Source: Eledone cirrhosa
Lineage: Eukaryota
Direction: 5' to 3'
Length of the DNA stretch: 64,000 bases
Assembly (NCBI GenBank): GCA_964016885.1
Contig: OZ024743.1
Coordinates: 317,936,001 to 318,000,000, forward strand
This document shows, one piece after another, positions 1-12,305 of this stretch. The translations under genes were made by a program, and so were the position numbers. The notes beneath the pieces are model-generated. The model ran no database searches. It was not told where the DNA came from and was given only the letters and a program-made list of their open reading frames with translations. Position 1 is the first letter of the stretch. The number at the start of each line of letters is the position of its first letter.

Positions 1-131
1 CGAACACAAATACTCGGGAATTCGTACAGAGACATCAGGGCAGCAAGAAGCTGACCATCAATCCCATACTCTTGCATAACCTTCCACAGCAGGTCCCGAA
101 GAACGCGGTCATATGCCTTCTCGATGTTGAC
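1..131 (-). mobile_element. LINE (RTE-like) reverse transcriptase fragment running off the window edge
   Basis: Minus strand reads VNIEKAYDRVLRDLLWKVMQEYGIDGQLLAALMSLY. Confidence 0.75.
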
Positions 132-212
132 ATATATATATATATATATACACATACATACATACAGCCCGTCTCCTCAATCTTTCTATTTCTTGGTTAA
201 TTTCTCATTCTA

Positions 213-248
213 TCTTCTGATGAAGGACTAGCGTCCGAAACGTTAAGA
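213..248 (+). ncRNA. Minimal type I hammerhead ribozyme motif (Penelope-like)
   Basis: UCUU-CUGAUGA-A-GGAC(UAGC)GUCC-GAAA-CGU-U-AAGA; palindromic ACGU stem III. Confidence 0.65.
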
Positions 249-330
249 CTCCTACTATATCAAGCGTAAAACTAATAATATATTTCTCCATTGTACTGCG
301 TCGTTTGCTTTGTTATTTCTGTTTGACTTT

Positions 331-365
<35 letters not shown>

Positions 366-506
366 CAGTATTACGTTCAATAATTTAAATTATCTATTGT
401 ATCGTATTGTATTATAATTATGTATGTTGTGTCATTTGAATATGTGCATGCATGAGGTAAATTATGTATCATATAGAGATCATATGATCATATGTCAAAA
501 ATAAAA

Positions 507-537
<31 letters not shown>

Positions 538-555
538 GTCTTTTATCTTTTACAG

Positions 556-580
556 ATTTGATCCTTATCAACTGTTTGAG
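556..580 (+). CDS. PLA2G4A: cPLA2 (group IV phospholipase A2) exon 1 in window: FDPYQLFE; start codon upstream of window
   Basis: Acceptor ttttacag, donor gtgagt; peptide resembles the cPLA2alpha N-terminus (FIDPYQHII); phase 0 joins the next exon in frame. Confidence 0.8.
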
Positions 581-669
581 GTGAGTCAGCTTTTCTATGT
601 TGAAAATAATTCATATGTGGAGTAGACTGTTCTGAAGCTTCAACTGTTATTGAATTCATTTTATATATA

Positions 670-888
670 CAGTATGAGCTCGCTTCTCAGTTTACGAACG
701 GTGTCTCGAGTAACGAGCAAGCCAGCAACAACGGTTGACAACAAACTTGGAGAATCGGCAGGAAAGTGTCACTTGCAGTGTAGTTAGTTATTATGGTGAT
801 ATCTATCTGTCTTTCACACACAGTCTCTTTCTCACTGTATTTCTGTCTCAACATTTCATATGGAAAAAAAATAGTTTTGGCTTACGAA
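670..888 (+). mobile_element. Truncated copy of the Tc1/pogo-like MITE at 38525
   Basis: Shares ggaaagtgtcacttgc-gtgtagttagtta-tatggtgata and caacatttcatatgg with 38525-38889. Confidence 0.6.
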
Positions 889-1419
889 AGATCATCAGGC
901 CAGTGCTTATCCTGGTTTCTGTTGTGTGAAGGGACTGAGAGTACAAGACTTCCCCTGGACAAGACACCAGTGGAATGTTCAGCCACTAATCATGCTAAAA
1001 GTCTAAAGTCTATCTCAAGTCCGGCCGGTGAAGATGAGTATTACTAACACGACGTATGAACCGTACCTACACTTGTTTATTCTAGAGTCAGCAACTTTAC
1101 AGAGCTGAGGTAATTTATCGCCCTGGGCATATAACAAAGCCCAACTGCTTCTTCTTCTTCTTCTTCTTCTTCACCCATTTATTTATGGGCCAGGCACAGG
1201 AGCAGAGTCCTAGGACACGCCATCTAAAGGGTCATATCAGAAACAACTGTCTCCAAATAACCCAGCTGGATACACAAGTGAGACTAACCAAGAGTACGGA
1301 TATTACCCAGCCAACTTGCTCGTTGTCTACCTTAGGTGGTGATGGTGTACGAGGAGGTCGAGGAAGAGGAGGAGAGGTGGAGGTGGTGGTGATGTGACCG
1401 TTGTTGTTTTCACCTTACT

Positions 1420-1772
1420 GCTAACTACTGTATGCATGCCTGGTCCCATAACTCTTAAAGGAGTCATCGGGGTGCCATATTGACATATGACGTTTCTGAG
1501 GCATTTTAAAACCTGGCGGAGCCCATCTCCTCTCCCGGTCTGAATACAGCAGATTTCTTCCAGAGAAGGAGAGAGAGTGAGAGAATGGAAGTGAGAAGGA
1601 GATATAGGGGAAGAATCAACACCAGTACTAAACTGGTACTGCTTTATCGACGTCGAATGGATGAAAATTAAAGTTGACCTCGGCAAGATTTGAACTCGGA
1701 GAGCTGAGAGCCAAAATGAATACCACAAGGCATTCTATCTGACGTTCTAACGACTCTGCCAATTTACCGCCC
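1420..1772 (-). mobile_element. tRNA-derived SINE, family A (Nin/Deu-like core)
   Basis: Minus strand box A tggcagagtcg, box B gagttcaaatc, core gccgaggtcaacttt...tttcatcc...gtcgataaa...gtacc; many copies in window. Confidence 0.75.
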
Positions 1773-2928
1773 AATTCTGTATATATGATAGTTATTGCTA
1801 GAACCAATACCGCAAGGCATGCTATCCGACATTCTAACGGCTCTGCTAGTTTACTGCTTAACTACTGTGAGATAGTTATTGTTAGTTTTGTGGTTTATAT
1901 TAGATACAAACGGTGGCCAGTTTTATCTGTTTCTCTTTACTTTTATCTTTTAAGTTTCGTTGTTTAAATACCTAGTTGTTATATATCCATTGTATATAAT
2001 GTTGAAATGTTTTGTTTGAAGTTTCCATTAGCTTTTATGTGGCTACCTGCCTTTTGTGTCATTTAGGTTGTACTTTGTTGCCATTTTATTATACTTTGTT
2101 GAATTGAATGTTTTTAATGTTTATAATTATTTAATTGAATGTTGGTTAAGTTAAAGTCTGGTGCTAATCCAGTTTCCTTGACATTAAACAATTGAGAGTA
2201 CAAGACTCTCCCTGGATATGCCTCATGTCTATAGTAGGATTAACTTCCTAGCTACTGCTGGTACTCACTCTCAACTGAGTGTCCAGGAATTGAACCGATG
2301 ACATTACGATGATCCGCCTTCACAATATTAGTTGTGGTGTTGTATATATTGTAGTGCATATGTTAGTGATTATGGTGTTGTTATATGTAATGTAGTGGCT
2401 ATGTTAGTGGTTGTGGTGTTGTATATACAGTAGTCTCTATGTTGGTAGTTGTGGTGTTGTATGTAATGTACCGACATGTGATAGTATATTAGAAATCGTA
2501 TTGATTTATTATTTACCAAGTGGGTGGAGTAGTTCAGTGTGTGGGTCAGAAAGTGATGATTAAGGAAAAGATTCTTTCGTTGACATAGTGAGATATGAAT
2601 GACTATATTTATATAAATTGTTCAAGATATAAAGGAAGTTTAGTCGTGATGTTATTGTGTTACCTCTTTTGTTCTCTGTATTCTTTGTAACTTGGAAACA
2701 TTTGAGTGCATTGGTATCCTCCCAATGATTGTGGTGTGTAACCTACTGAAATTAATGGTGATGGCAATTGAGGTATTTTTATTATATTACCTAGACCACC
2801 CGCCACCCATTGGTTCACCTTCACTGCAAAATATTTTTTTTTAAATCATGTTAACTTAAAAATAATTTTTAAATAATTAAAATATCCACAGACATGTATA
2901 TAATGTAAAATGAAACTGGAAGGCCCAT

Positions 2929-2984
2929 ATATATACGTGTGTGTGTGTATATATATAAATGTGTGTGTATACATACACACACAC

Positions 2985-3081
<97 letters not shown>

Positions 3082-3123
3082 TGTATATATGTGTGTGTGT
3101 GTGTATGTGTGTGTGTATATATA
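2929..3123. repeat. Compound (TA)n/(TG)n microsatellite
   Basis: Directly visible. Confidence 0.95.
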
Positions 3124-3531
3124 CTCCGGGAGAGATGACCCCTTAGCCTTTGTCAAGGCAGAATTCTAGGAGAAGGAAAACTCTGATATAACACCTGCAA
3201 CTCTGATGGTATCCAATGGTGTTGACTTGTTCTTCTTTTTGGTAAATATCATCTTGGTTAAGAGAGTGGGACTGGCTTTGTGCAGTGCCTTTACTCACTA
3301 TAAAAGCTTCACGGCACAGGCATTGCTTTATATCTGGAGATCTCTCTGCACTTGTCACATGGTACCATGGGCCCAGCACTATGTGTCAATAATTGTCACA
3401 AGTGTAGTGTTTGTACCAGAGTTTTCAAGTCCCTGGCTGGACTAAAAAGTCACACTCGTTCAGCGCATCGGTAGGGGTTCTCCTACATGGATATAAAGTA
3501 GTTGCCGTACTCGAAAACGAGTTGGCAGCCA

Positions 3532-3587
<56 letters not shown>

Positions 3588-4090
3588 TTTTCTCTCTCTC
3601 TCTGTTTATGAAGGTACTCGGAAAAACCCCATATCTCAGGAACACGTGCTCCGATTTACTCGAAACTTGTTTTATTCGATTTGTATTCCCATTGCAGGGA
3701 CAACTTCCTTTCAAAGTATTTTCCTATTATGCGCCCTTTTGGCTGTATTACATTACAAACAAGCTAGCAATCACAGAGTTTTAGGAGTATATAGATAAAT
3801 ACCAGTAATGCACTGGGATAATTGCTGGCCTTGTGCCAAAAGTAGAAACAATTGTATTAATGTACTTCGTGTTGCTGGTACTTGTTTTGAAAGCCTGTGT
3901 TTCTTGTATCGTATTGTTTCTTATTAAGTTATGGATCCGGTTTGTGACTCCTAAATGTTGTACACTTGTTTTTTTATGTACTTTGGGCAGTATTTGTGTG
4001 TTGTGACTGTCAAATATTTATATATCAGTTAGTCAAATACATATACATATATACATATACAGGCTCTGACAGTTGGCAGGTAAGCAGTAT

Positions 4091-4137
4091 ACTGCACTGA
4101 TGAAGGGTAATCACCCAGAAACATTAGTGTCTGCAGT
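4091..4137 (+). ncRNA. Type I hammerhead ribozyme motif with GUC cleavage triplet
   Basis: ACUGCA-CUGAUGA-A-GGGU(AAUC)ACCC-A-GAAA-CA(UUAG)UG-UC-UGCAGU. Confidence 0.7.
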
Positions 4138-4308
4138 TCTGTTTACATGCCAACACAAGAGCAAGAATGACGGGGGTCCTTCCACTGACATGACTTTAAA
4201 GAGGCTGTTTGCATAATTGCAAACGGATCGAATATTATTATTAATATTCGAAAAACTCAGATTACATTTATTGTAGTCAGCCATGTAGAGCGCTAAACCA
4301 TTTGTTTG

Positions 4309-4355
4309 TTATATATATAAATATGTTATATATAAATATGTTATATATAAATATG

Positions 4356-4387
<32 letters not shown>

Positions 4388-4471
4388 GTATACACACACA
4401 CATATATATACGTATACATACACACACACACATATATACGTATACACACACACACATATATATATACGTAT

Positions 4472-4512
<41 letters not shown>

Positions 4513-4517
4513 CGTAT

Positions 4518-4554
<37 letters not shown>

Positions 4555-4715
4555 CATATACGTACACACACATGTATATATATATATATGTATATATCCA
4601 TAAATATATATACATATATATACATACATATATTATATATATGTATATATACACACACACACTCACACATATATACATACACACACATATACATATACAT
4701 ACATATATATATATA
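4309..4715. repeat. Compound TA/CA/TACG microsatellite
   Basis: Directly visible. Confidence 0.95.
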
Positions 4716-4920
4716 AATGTAGAAGTTCTATTTAAATTGTTGGGATACAACAAGCAAATATTTTTATAACTGATATAAAGCACTCAACAAATTATTGGAG
4801 TAAAAATACGATATATTAACAAATGGAAATATTAACAAATGGAGCTTCCAACAGAAATGGTCGCATTCTTTAAGGGTATGTCAATATTTATTTATAAAAC
4901 TGATCTATATTATATTTTAG

Positions 4921-4967
4921 CTGATGAAAGCACACCATAATTTAACTTGGTGTCCTTGAAATATGTA
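4921..4967 (+). ncRNA. Degenerate hammerhead motif
   Basis: CUGAUGA-AAGCACACCA(loop)UGGUGUCCUU-GAAA-UAUG-UA; stem I poor. Confidence 0.45.
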
Positions 4968-5018
4968 TAATGAAATAAATATGGTTTTATAAATATAGTT
5001 TCCATTTGTTAATATATC

Positions 5019-5127
<109 letters not shown>

Positions 5128-5185
5128 ATATATATATATATAACTTTGATAGGTTTCGGCCAGACCATGTCTAACTTAATAGCAC

Positions 5186-5392
5186 CTGTGTGTGTGTGTG
5201 CCTGTATATGTATGTATATGTATATATGTGTGTGTGTGTGTGTATATACATATATATAATATATGTATGTATATATATGTATATATATTTATATATATAT
5301 ATACACATATATATATATATATACATGTGTATGTGTATATATATATGTGTGTGTATACGTATATGTATATATATATATGTGTGTGTGTATAC

Positions 5393-5434
<42 letters not shown>

Positions 5435-5475
5435 ATACGTATATATATATGTGTGTGTATACGTATATATATAGA
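5186..5475. repeat. Compound TA/TG microsatellite, inverted relative of 4309-4715
   Basis: Directly visible. Confidence 0.9.
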
Positions 5476-5622
5476 TATACTCTCATACGCACATGCATGA
5501 ATGGGAGTTCAGTAATCGTGTTTGTATTATAACAATAACCAAGAATTGATTAGGTTAACATATCATCCTTCACCTAAATTCATAACATTTCTTCTTTTTG
5601 TTTCTTTGTTGTTGTTCTAAAG

Positions 5623-5704
5623 GTTGAACAGAAGGCATGCCTGCTGCTACATGTCAATGTTATATGTGCCAGAAATGTGTCCAAAGGATGGGCATATGAT
5701 TTAA
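5623..5704 (+). CDS. PLA2G4A: cPLA2 exon 2, start of C2 domain: VEQKACLLLHVNVICARNVSKGWAYDL
   Basis: Pyrimidine tract plus AG, donor gtaagt; 82 nt; aligns with [27 protein letters not shown]. Confidence 0.9.
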
Positions 5705-6384
5705 GTAAGTGCATACTATATTTCTTCATAATCTTGCAATGATAGATATATATAGAGAGAGAAATTAGATATTAATTTAACAATGAAAATAACAAAGTCA
5801 AGTTATTTTACCTATTCATATTATTATTTTACGATCGTTTCGGAGGGTTGATTATATTGACATATTGACTGATCTATAGCAGTTATATAACTGTATATCA
5901 GACATCATATATAGGTTCGATCAAACTAAGTTTGTTACTAAATTAGACCAGCCGATCTCATGGATGTTATCTAACCATTTTGTTTGTGGTCTACCTCTAG
6001 ACCTCCTGGCATTTGGTTTTCCTCGTAAAATCTGTCCTGCAATTATTTCCTGAAACATTCTAACTGCCTGCATGGCCGTAGTATCGGTTCACTTTGGAGC
6101 GACTCTCTAATCTCCGAGATACACAACCTATTAAGTTAATCCAAAGATCCTTCAGGTGAACCTCATTTCGGCTGCTTGTATTCACAGTCATATCCTTTCA
6201 GACATCATAATTTATCACATCTTGATTTATAACCTCGTAGATTAAGATGACACCATACGTCCTAATTTGTGACATTTTAGTTTAAAACCTCCCAGTTTAA
6301 AGTATTATATTCTTCACATCTAGCATGTTGTTTTTTGTTGTTTCTTTTGATATTCATTTTTAACTTTCTTTTTTTGTATCCCAG

Positions 6385-6531
6385 TTGACACACCTGATCC
6401 CTATGTTGTTTTAACAATAAAGACTGCTCCAGCGGGACGGAAATGTACCGAAATTAAAGACAATACTGCAAACCCTGTATGGAATGAATCTTTTATATTT
6501 CTCCATGATCCACTTGTTAACTTTGAACTTA
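6385..6531 (+). CDS. PLA2G4A: cPLA2 exon 3, C2 domain: DTPDPYVVLTIKTAPAGRKCTEIKDNTANPVWNESFIFLHDPLVNFEL
   Basis: DTPDPYV and NPVWNE C2 signatures; cccag acceptor, gtaagt donor; frame consistent. Confidence 0.95.
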
Positions 6532-7385
6532 GTAAGTAATACATGTGATTTCTTTTTTGGTTCTTTAATTAAATTAGCGGATGGAAATTCTATTTTTATC
6601 AGGGCTGGTGCTACCATTTGACCATCTAGGCAGCCACACAATGTACAGACTTCAGAGAGGCACATTACTGATCTTTAAAGGTTCACAGTTTTATACGAAT
6701 TTGTATAATCAAATTAAGTACATAATTTCCTGTGATCAATAAATAAATCACTAAAAATCTCTCCCTGTAGCATTGTTATAGAAATATCCAAAGCAGTGGA
6801 GTGGGTTGTATGGTGTTATAACCTGTCACATGATTTGGCATGGGTGTGTGTGGACTGTGTAGTAGAAAATGCAGGCTTTGTAATTTTCTTAGTGAAGTTA
6901 GAACAAGAAGTGTTAAAGACAAGGTTTGTCAGCTTGTCAAATTGAAAATTGAAATTATATTATTTGGGGAAATGGGGCGCTAAATATCTAGGCACCGCCG
7001 TGATTTTTATTGTATATTTAAAAATCATTGTACGTTTTTAAAATTTGATCTACAATTAAAATTATTTTATAAAATATATGTCATACATACACAAATGTAA
7101 GTCAATCTGAATATAAGGTGATTCCCTTCTATTTTATGTCTGAGAAATGGGCAAAAATCCAAACCCTATTTATAAGCTGAGGCAGCTAATCAACACATTA
7201 TGTTTAGATGGTGCGGTTTTGAAAATTCTCTTGAGTAGAGAATATATTTATGAAGTTTTTATATTTTTATGTTTTAAGTGTTGTTTAGAATATAGTTTTT
7301 GTTTCACAACTCCATTACTTAATGATTTTTTTTTTTTTTGAGGCCATATTTATTCAAAACATAAAAACTAAAGGTAAAACAAATT

Positions 7386-7575
7386 TCACCCCCAAAGTAA
7401 AATCGGTGTAATATTCACCTCCAAAGTGAAACCAGTGTAATATTCACCTGCAAAGTAAAAACTGGTGTAATAGTTACCTCCAAAGTGACAGCAGTGTAAT
7501 ATTCTCCTCCAAAGTGAAATCGATGTAATATTCACCTTCAAAACTGCAACTGGTATATTTCCTTCCAAAGTGAAA
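7386..7575. repeat. Minisatellite with about 29-bp unit, about 6 copies (ccaaagtgaaaccagtgtaatattcacct)
   Basis: Periodic ccaaagt...gtgtaatattcacct. Confidence 0.85.
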
Positions 7576-7759
7576 ATATTTTAACACCTCATTTACGTAG
7601 AATTTTGAAGTTGGTGAAAATCAGCAAAATATTGACTTCGAATATAAGCACGCCCCACCTCCATTTCAACATTGATTTTTTTTTACACATATGTCTCGGC
7701 TTATGTACAAGTATATACGATTATATATATCTATGTAATTATTTACAACAGTGATATAT

Positions 7760-7809
7760 ACAGGTACTTAAGTTTCGTTGGGTTATACACCCCAATTCAT
7801 TCAGCCTGT
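7760..7809 (-). ncRNA. Type I hammerhead motif, antisense to the gene
   Basis: ACAGG-CUGAAUGA-AUUGGG(GUGUAUAA)CCCAAC-GAAA-CUUAAG-UA-CCUGU. Confidence 0.6.
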
Positions 7810-8191
7810 TATATAAAATAAAAAAGGCTACCTCCACAGGTTATTTTATAGTTTTCAGAAAATACCAGAGTGTTCTATGAGGGCAGGTAATCGCGAATTT
7901 AGCTATAAATAAACAAATCTTTTAGATAATGAGAATGGAGGAAACTATAAAAAAAAACTGCAAAGGGGGGAAATTTATGCTAAAATAAACGTGATCTATA
8001 CCATTTTCTCAGAATGAATATCGTTTCGTGTGGACAGTGAATAAAGCAGTCGCAGCGGGTATTTAAGCAGTGTTTCTATGAAGCTAGTTGCGAGAGTATA
8101 TTCAACTTTTCCGAGTTACACAGCCGGCAAAATTTTGTCTCATTAACATAAGGGGTGGATTTTCTGATACACTCCATTTAATGCATATTTT

Positions 8192-8230
<39 letters not shown>

Positions 8231-8258
8231 TAATACGGTATATTTTGGTAGATTTATC

Positions 8259-8412
<154 letters not shown>

Positions 8413-8546
8413 GTAATTATACTATGAAAAGCTGTTTCAATAAAACATCTTTCGATGATATGTCGTTTGATAAAAAGCCGTGCCACTTCTAATCAATTTA
8501 AATCAAATCCATCTTCATTCATTTCTATGTTGTTTGTCCCTTTCAG

Positions 8547-8662
8547 AAATCAGTTTGATGGAAGCAAATTACACAATAGACCATGAAATTGGTAATGTTA
8601 CTATTAAAAGCAGCGAATTACAGATAGATAAACTGGAGCGAAAGACAATATATATTAATGAG
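8547..8662 (+). CDS. PLA2G4A: cPLA2 exon 4, C2 domain: KISLMEANYTIDHEIGNVTIKSSELQIDKLERKTIYINE
   Basis: tttcag acceptor, gtacag donor; matches ITLMDANYVMDETLG. Confidence 0.92.
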
Positions 8663-8775
8663 GTACAGTATATTACATTGTATATTTGATACATGACGGC
8701 CAATTGGCTGTCATATTATATTATATATTATATATTATTATATATTATTCATCTATTTATATACTTTTATATATA

Positions 8776-10341
8776 TCATCATCATCATCATCATATTTTT
8801 CACGCTAGCCTGGGTTAGACGGGTTGTCCCATTTGAGCCAAGTCGGGTCAAGTGACTGTATCTTACTCATACAGAACTGTTTCTACTGGATGCCCTTCCT
8901 AAAGGCAATCTCATTTACTGTGTGTGCTGGATGCTTTTTGTTGTGACACCTACATGACCACTTTAATCTGTGGGCTGGGTGTTTTTTGTCTTGGTACCAA
9001 AACGGCCACTTTACAGTGTGGACTGGAGATTGGGGCAGGGGTGTAGAGGCGTGGAAGAAGGATGGCGTGATCAGGTGGGTGGGGTGTCAGGGCGTGTGAG
9101 GTGTATGTAAGAGGGAGGGAGGATATTGGTTAAGAGGTGCATATTAGATGTATGCTTCCATCTGTACACATAGGAAGACAGGTCTTCTGTATCATTGCAT
9201 AACGCCAAAGATCTCCATCCTGTGCCATTGCCTTTGAGAGGTGCAATTGTGCAAAGTCAGCTTTTACCACCTTATCCCAGGTCTTTCAAGGTCTTCCTAC
9301 TGCACGGCTTCCATCAACTTTGATCGCCCTGTACCTTTTTATACAGCTGTCATCTTTTATTCGCATCACATGGCCATACCCACACAACCTCCTCTCTTGC
9401 ACACTGCATCTGATCCCTTAATTTTTCACTCAGTTCATTTACGCTTTGCTGTTCATGTATATTACTATTACACATCGATCGGATTATGCAGGCGTCATTT
9501 CTTACCAATCTTTGCAGGTCCTCTGCACACAGCACCTTGCATCATATAATCTGCCCTTCATTTTGAGGGAAATACCTTTTGTAGCTAGCAGTAGTAGTAG
9601 CTCCCAGGACTTTATCCATTCCGTTCTTCCGCTGGCTATTGTACTTTTGGAACCCTCCTCTGCTGCCAATTTGGTCACCCAGGTAACAGAAACTGTCGAC
9701 TATTTTTACAGAGCCCTCAGGGCATTTGAAGGAGCTCGTATCTTGTGGACTCTTGCTACTTACTGCACCTGTGCATTGGCCCCATATAAAACCTGTTCTT
9801 TGAGAGCCTACATCTTTTATGTACCTATAGCTTGCATTTGGGACATAGGATGGAATTTATACCTCCTCCTTTCCTGCACACTGATCATGGCCATATCCAT
9901 GAGGGATTCTGGGCCTTGTTTTCCTTTCTACATACTAGGACTTTAGTCTTTGACAAGTTAACTTTAAGACCTTTTTGTTCTAGACCATGCTTCCAGGTTT
10001 GAAATTTATTCTCTAATTCTGCCATAGATTCAGCTGTAAGGGTTAAATCATCTGCATACAGAGGTTCCCATAGGCAGCCAGTCTTAAACTCTTCTATTAT
10101 AGCCTGTAGTGCTAAGAATGGAGCCCTGATGGACACCTAATTCTTTACTATAGTCTAATTCTTTACTATAGCTGACTGTTTCTCAATACATGGCTTGTAC
10201 AGCCTTCACAAGCCACTTATCTTCTAGTTTTCTAAGGGCTCACCAGATAATTGAACAGGGGGACTATGTCAAAGGCTTTCTCCAGGTCAACAAAAGCTAA
10301 AGGGGTTTACTTTTAGCTAGGTACATCTCCTGCAGTTGCAT

Positions 10342-10343
<2 letters not shown>
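8776..10343 (-). mobile_element. Decayed 5'-truncated RTE LINE, same family as 57995-61034
   Basis: Fragments LQAIIEEFKTGCLWEPLYADDLTL and LCAEDLQRLVRNDAC; (GAT)n tail at 8776-8795. Confidence 0.9.
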
Positions 10344-10392
<49 letters not shown>

Positions 10393-11119
10393 GGGCTAAA
10401 TTTGACGGTGTTTTTATTTATTTATAAGAGAAAAAAAAGTGAATATCTTAGCCAAAAATAAATTTGGCATAAAGATTAAAACAATCAAAAGAGAAAATTC
10501 ACTCAAAGAAGCCACCCTCGGCATCCACCACGGCCTCGATCCGGCTCCGGAATCTAGCACATGCCGCCTTCACTGTGTCCCTAGGGAGAGCATCCTTAAT
10601 CCTATTAATCAGCTGTTAATCAGCTGGTGTTATAAGCAGTGTGGAATGCAATCAAGGGAGTTAGGGGGCTTTTCATTCATGAGGTCAATAAACAACGTAC
10701 CAATCTAGTACTAGAGTTGATTCTTGCTCAAGGAAACAATGCATCGCCTGTTCCAGGAATTGAAATCATAAACTCACGATTATGAATCCAACTCTCTAAC
10801 CACTAAGCCACGTGCTTTCTGACAATTTTACGACATATATAACCAACAATTTGACGACATTTATAACAGACAATTTTACGGCACTTAATTACTTTTTTAT
10901 TGCCTATATATATTTTGAGAGACTTAATTATTCTAGAGTAGATAATTATCTTTCTAGATAATGGCATTTCTGACACTTTCCCCCATTATATATGATAATA
11001 TTACTGTGCTTGCATGACGTTCGTCTGTTGGAGGGTTACACATTAACTAACCTTAACTATGGAACAAAATAGAAAGACATAATCAAAATATTTAACATAA
11101 TGAAACATCTTTAACCACA

Positions 11120-11335
11120 ATGTGGTGGTGGCGGCAGCGGCGGCGGCGATTATGGTTATGGTGGTGGTGGTAGTGGCGGTGGCGGTGATGATGATGATGG
11201 CGTCGGTGGTTGCGGTGGCGGTGATGCAGATGGTGGTGGAGCTGATGCTGGTGGGATGGGTTGGGGGTGATGATGGTGGTGGTGGTCTTCGTCGTCGTCG
11301 TCGTCATCGTCGTGGTAGTGTGGTGGTCTTGATGA
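11120..11335. repeat. Degenerate (GGT/GAT/CGT)n trinucleotide tract
   Basis: Directly visible. Confidence 0.85.
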
Positions 11336-11864
11336 CATCCTAACCGTCATAATTGCTGAATGGAGCAGTAGGGATAAACTGTTCTAGGAAGACATTGTAT
11401 TCAGTTCTGTCTAAAAATTTCATGCAAAGTTATTTGCTATCTTCTATCAAGTGTATACCCACATCCACTCTACTAAATAAAGCTACAAAGAAAGGGAGTC
11501 ACTAGGATATAGGTCATAGAGGTCAAGATGGCAGCCAAATTTAGAAATCACATGATATATTCCTAATATGAATTCATTACATAATAGAGTATGTTTTTTA
11601 AATAGGTGATAGGCGCTAATTAGACTGTTAATTCACCTCCCAACAAAATGCTATCAATGACTATCCCATGGAACATACAGAGTAAAATTAGTTTTGTCCA
11701 ACGTGAAACAAAATATAATTCATCTAATTTATAATTACCATCAACCTTCACCGGATCTTTTTCATTTAACATTTTCATTGGGGGGGGGGGGGGGGTATTG
11801 TCTACTGTGTGTAGTTTTGTATATTGGTTGCAAAAAATAAAACATCTTATTTTCAGAAATAAAT

Positions 11865-12305
11865 AATGGTTTCTGATTTTTGGCACAAAGCCAACAATTT
11901 TGGAGGAGTTGGAGAAGGGGAAAGTCAATTAAATTGCCCCAAGTGCATTACTGGTACTTTATTTGTCGACCCCCATAAGGGTGAAAAGCAAAGCTAATCT
12001 CGACGGGATTTGAACTCAGAACGTAAAAGACCGTAACTCTATGCCGCAAAACATGTTGTCCGACATTCTACCGATACTTGCAATCCACCGCTCTTAATAA
12101 TGGTTTCTGATTTAGGCACAAGGCCAACAATTTTGCTGGAGGAGAAAATCAATTAAATCAACCCCAGTGCATTACTGGTACTTTATTTTATCGACTCCGT
12201 AAGGATGAAAGGCAAAGTTAACCTCGGCGGGATTTGAACTCAGAATGTAAAGGGACGTAACTATATGTGGCAAAGTATGTTGTCCGACGCTCTACCAATT
12301 CTACT
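11865..12305 (-). mobile_element. Two tandem family A SINE copies
   Basis: Duplicated aataatggtttctgattt-ggcaca-gccaacaatttt...gggatttgaactcagaa at about 11865 and 12097. Confidence 0.8.

Noticed and set aside
11092-11350. Poly-His, poly-Val and poly-Pro ORFs
   Set aside because: Trinucleotide repeat; no supported splice sites and not needed for the cPLA2 frame
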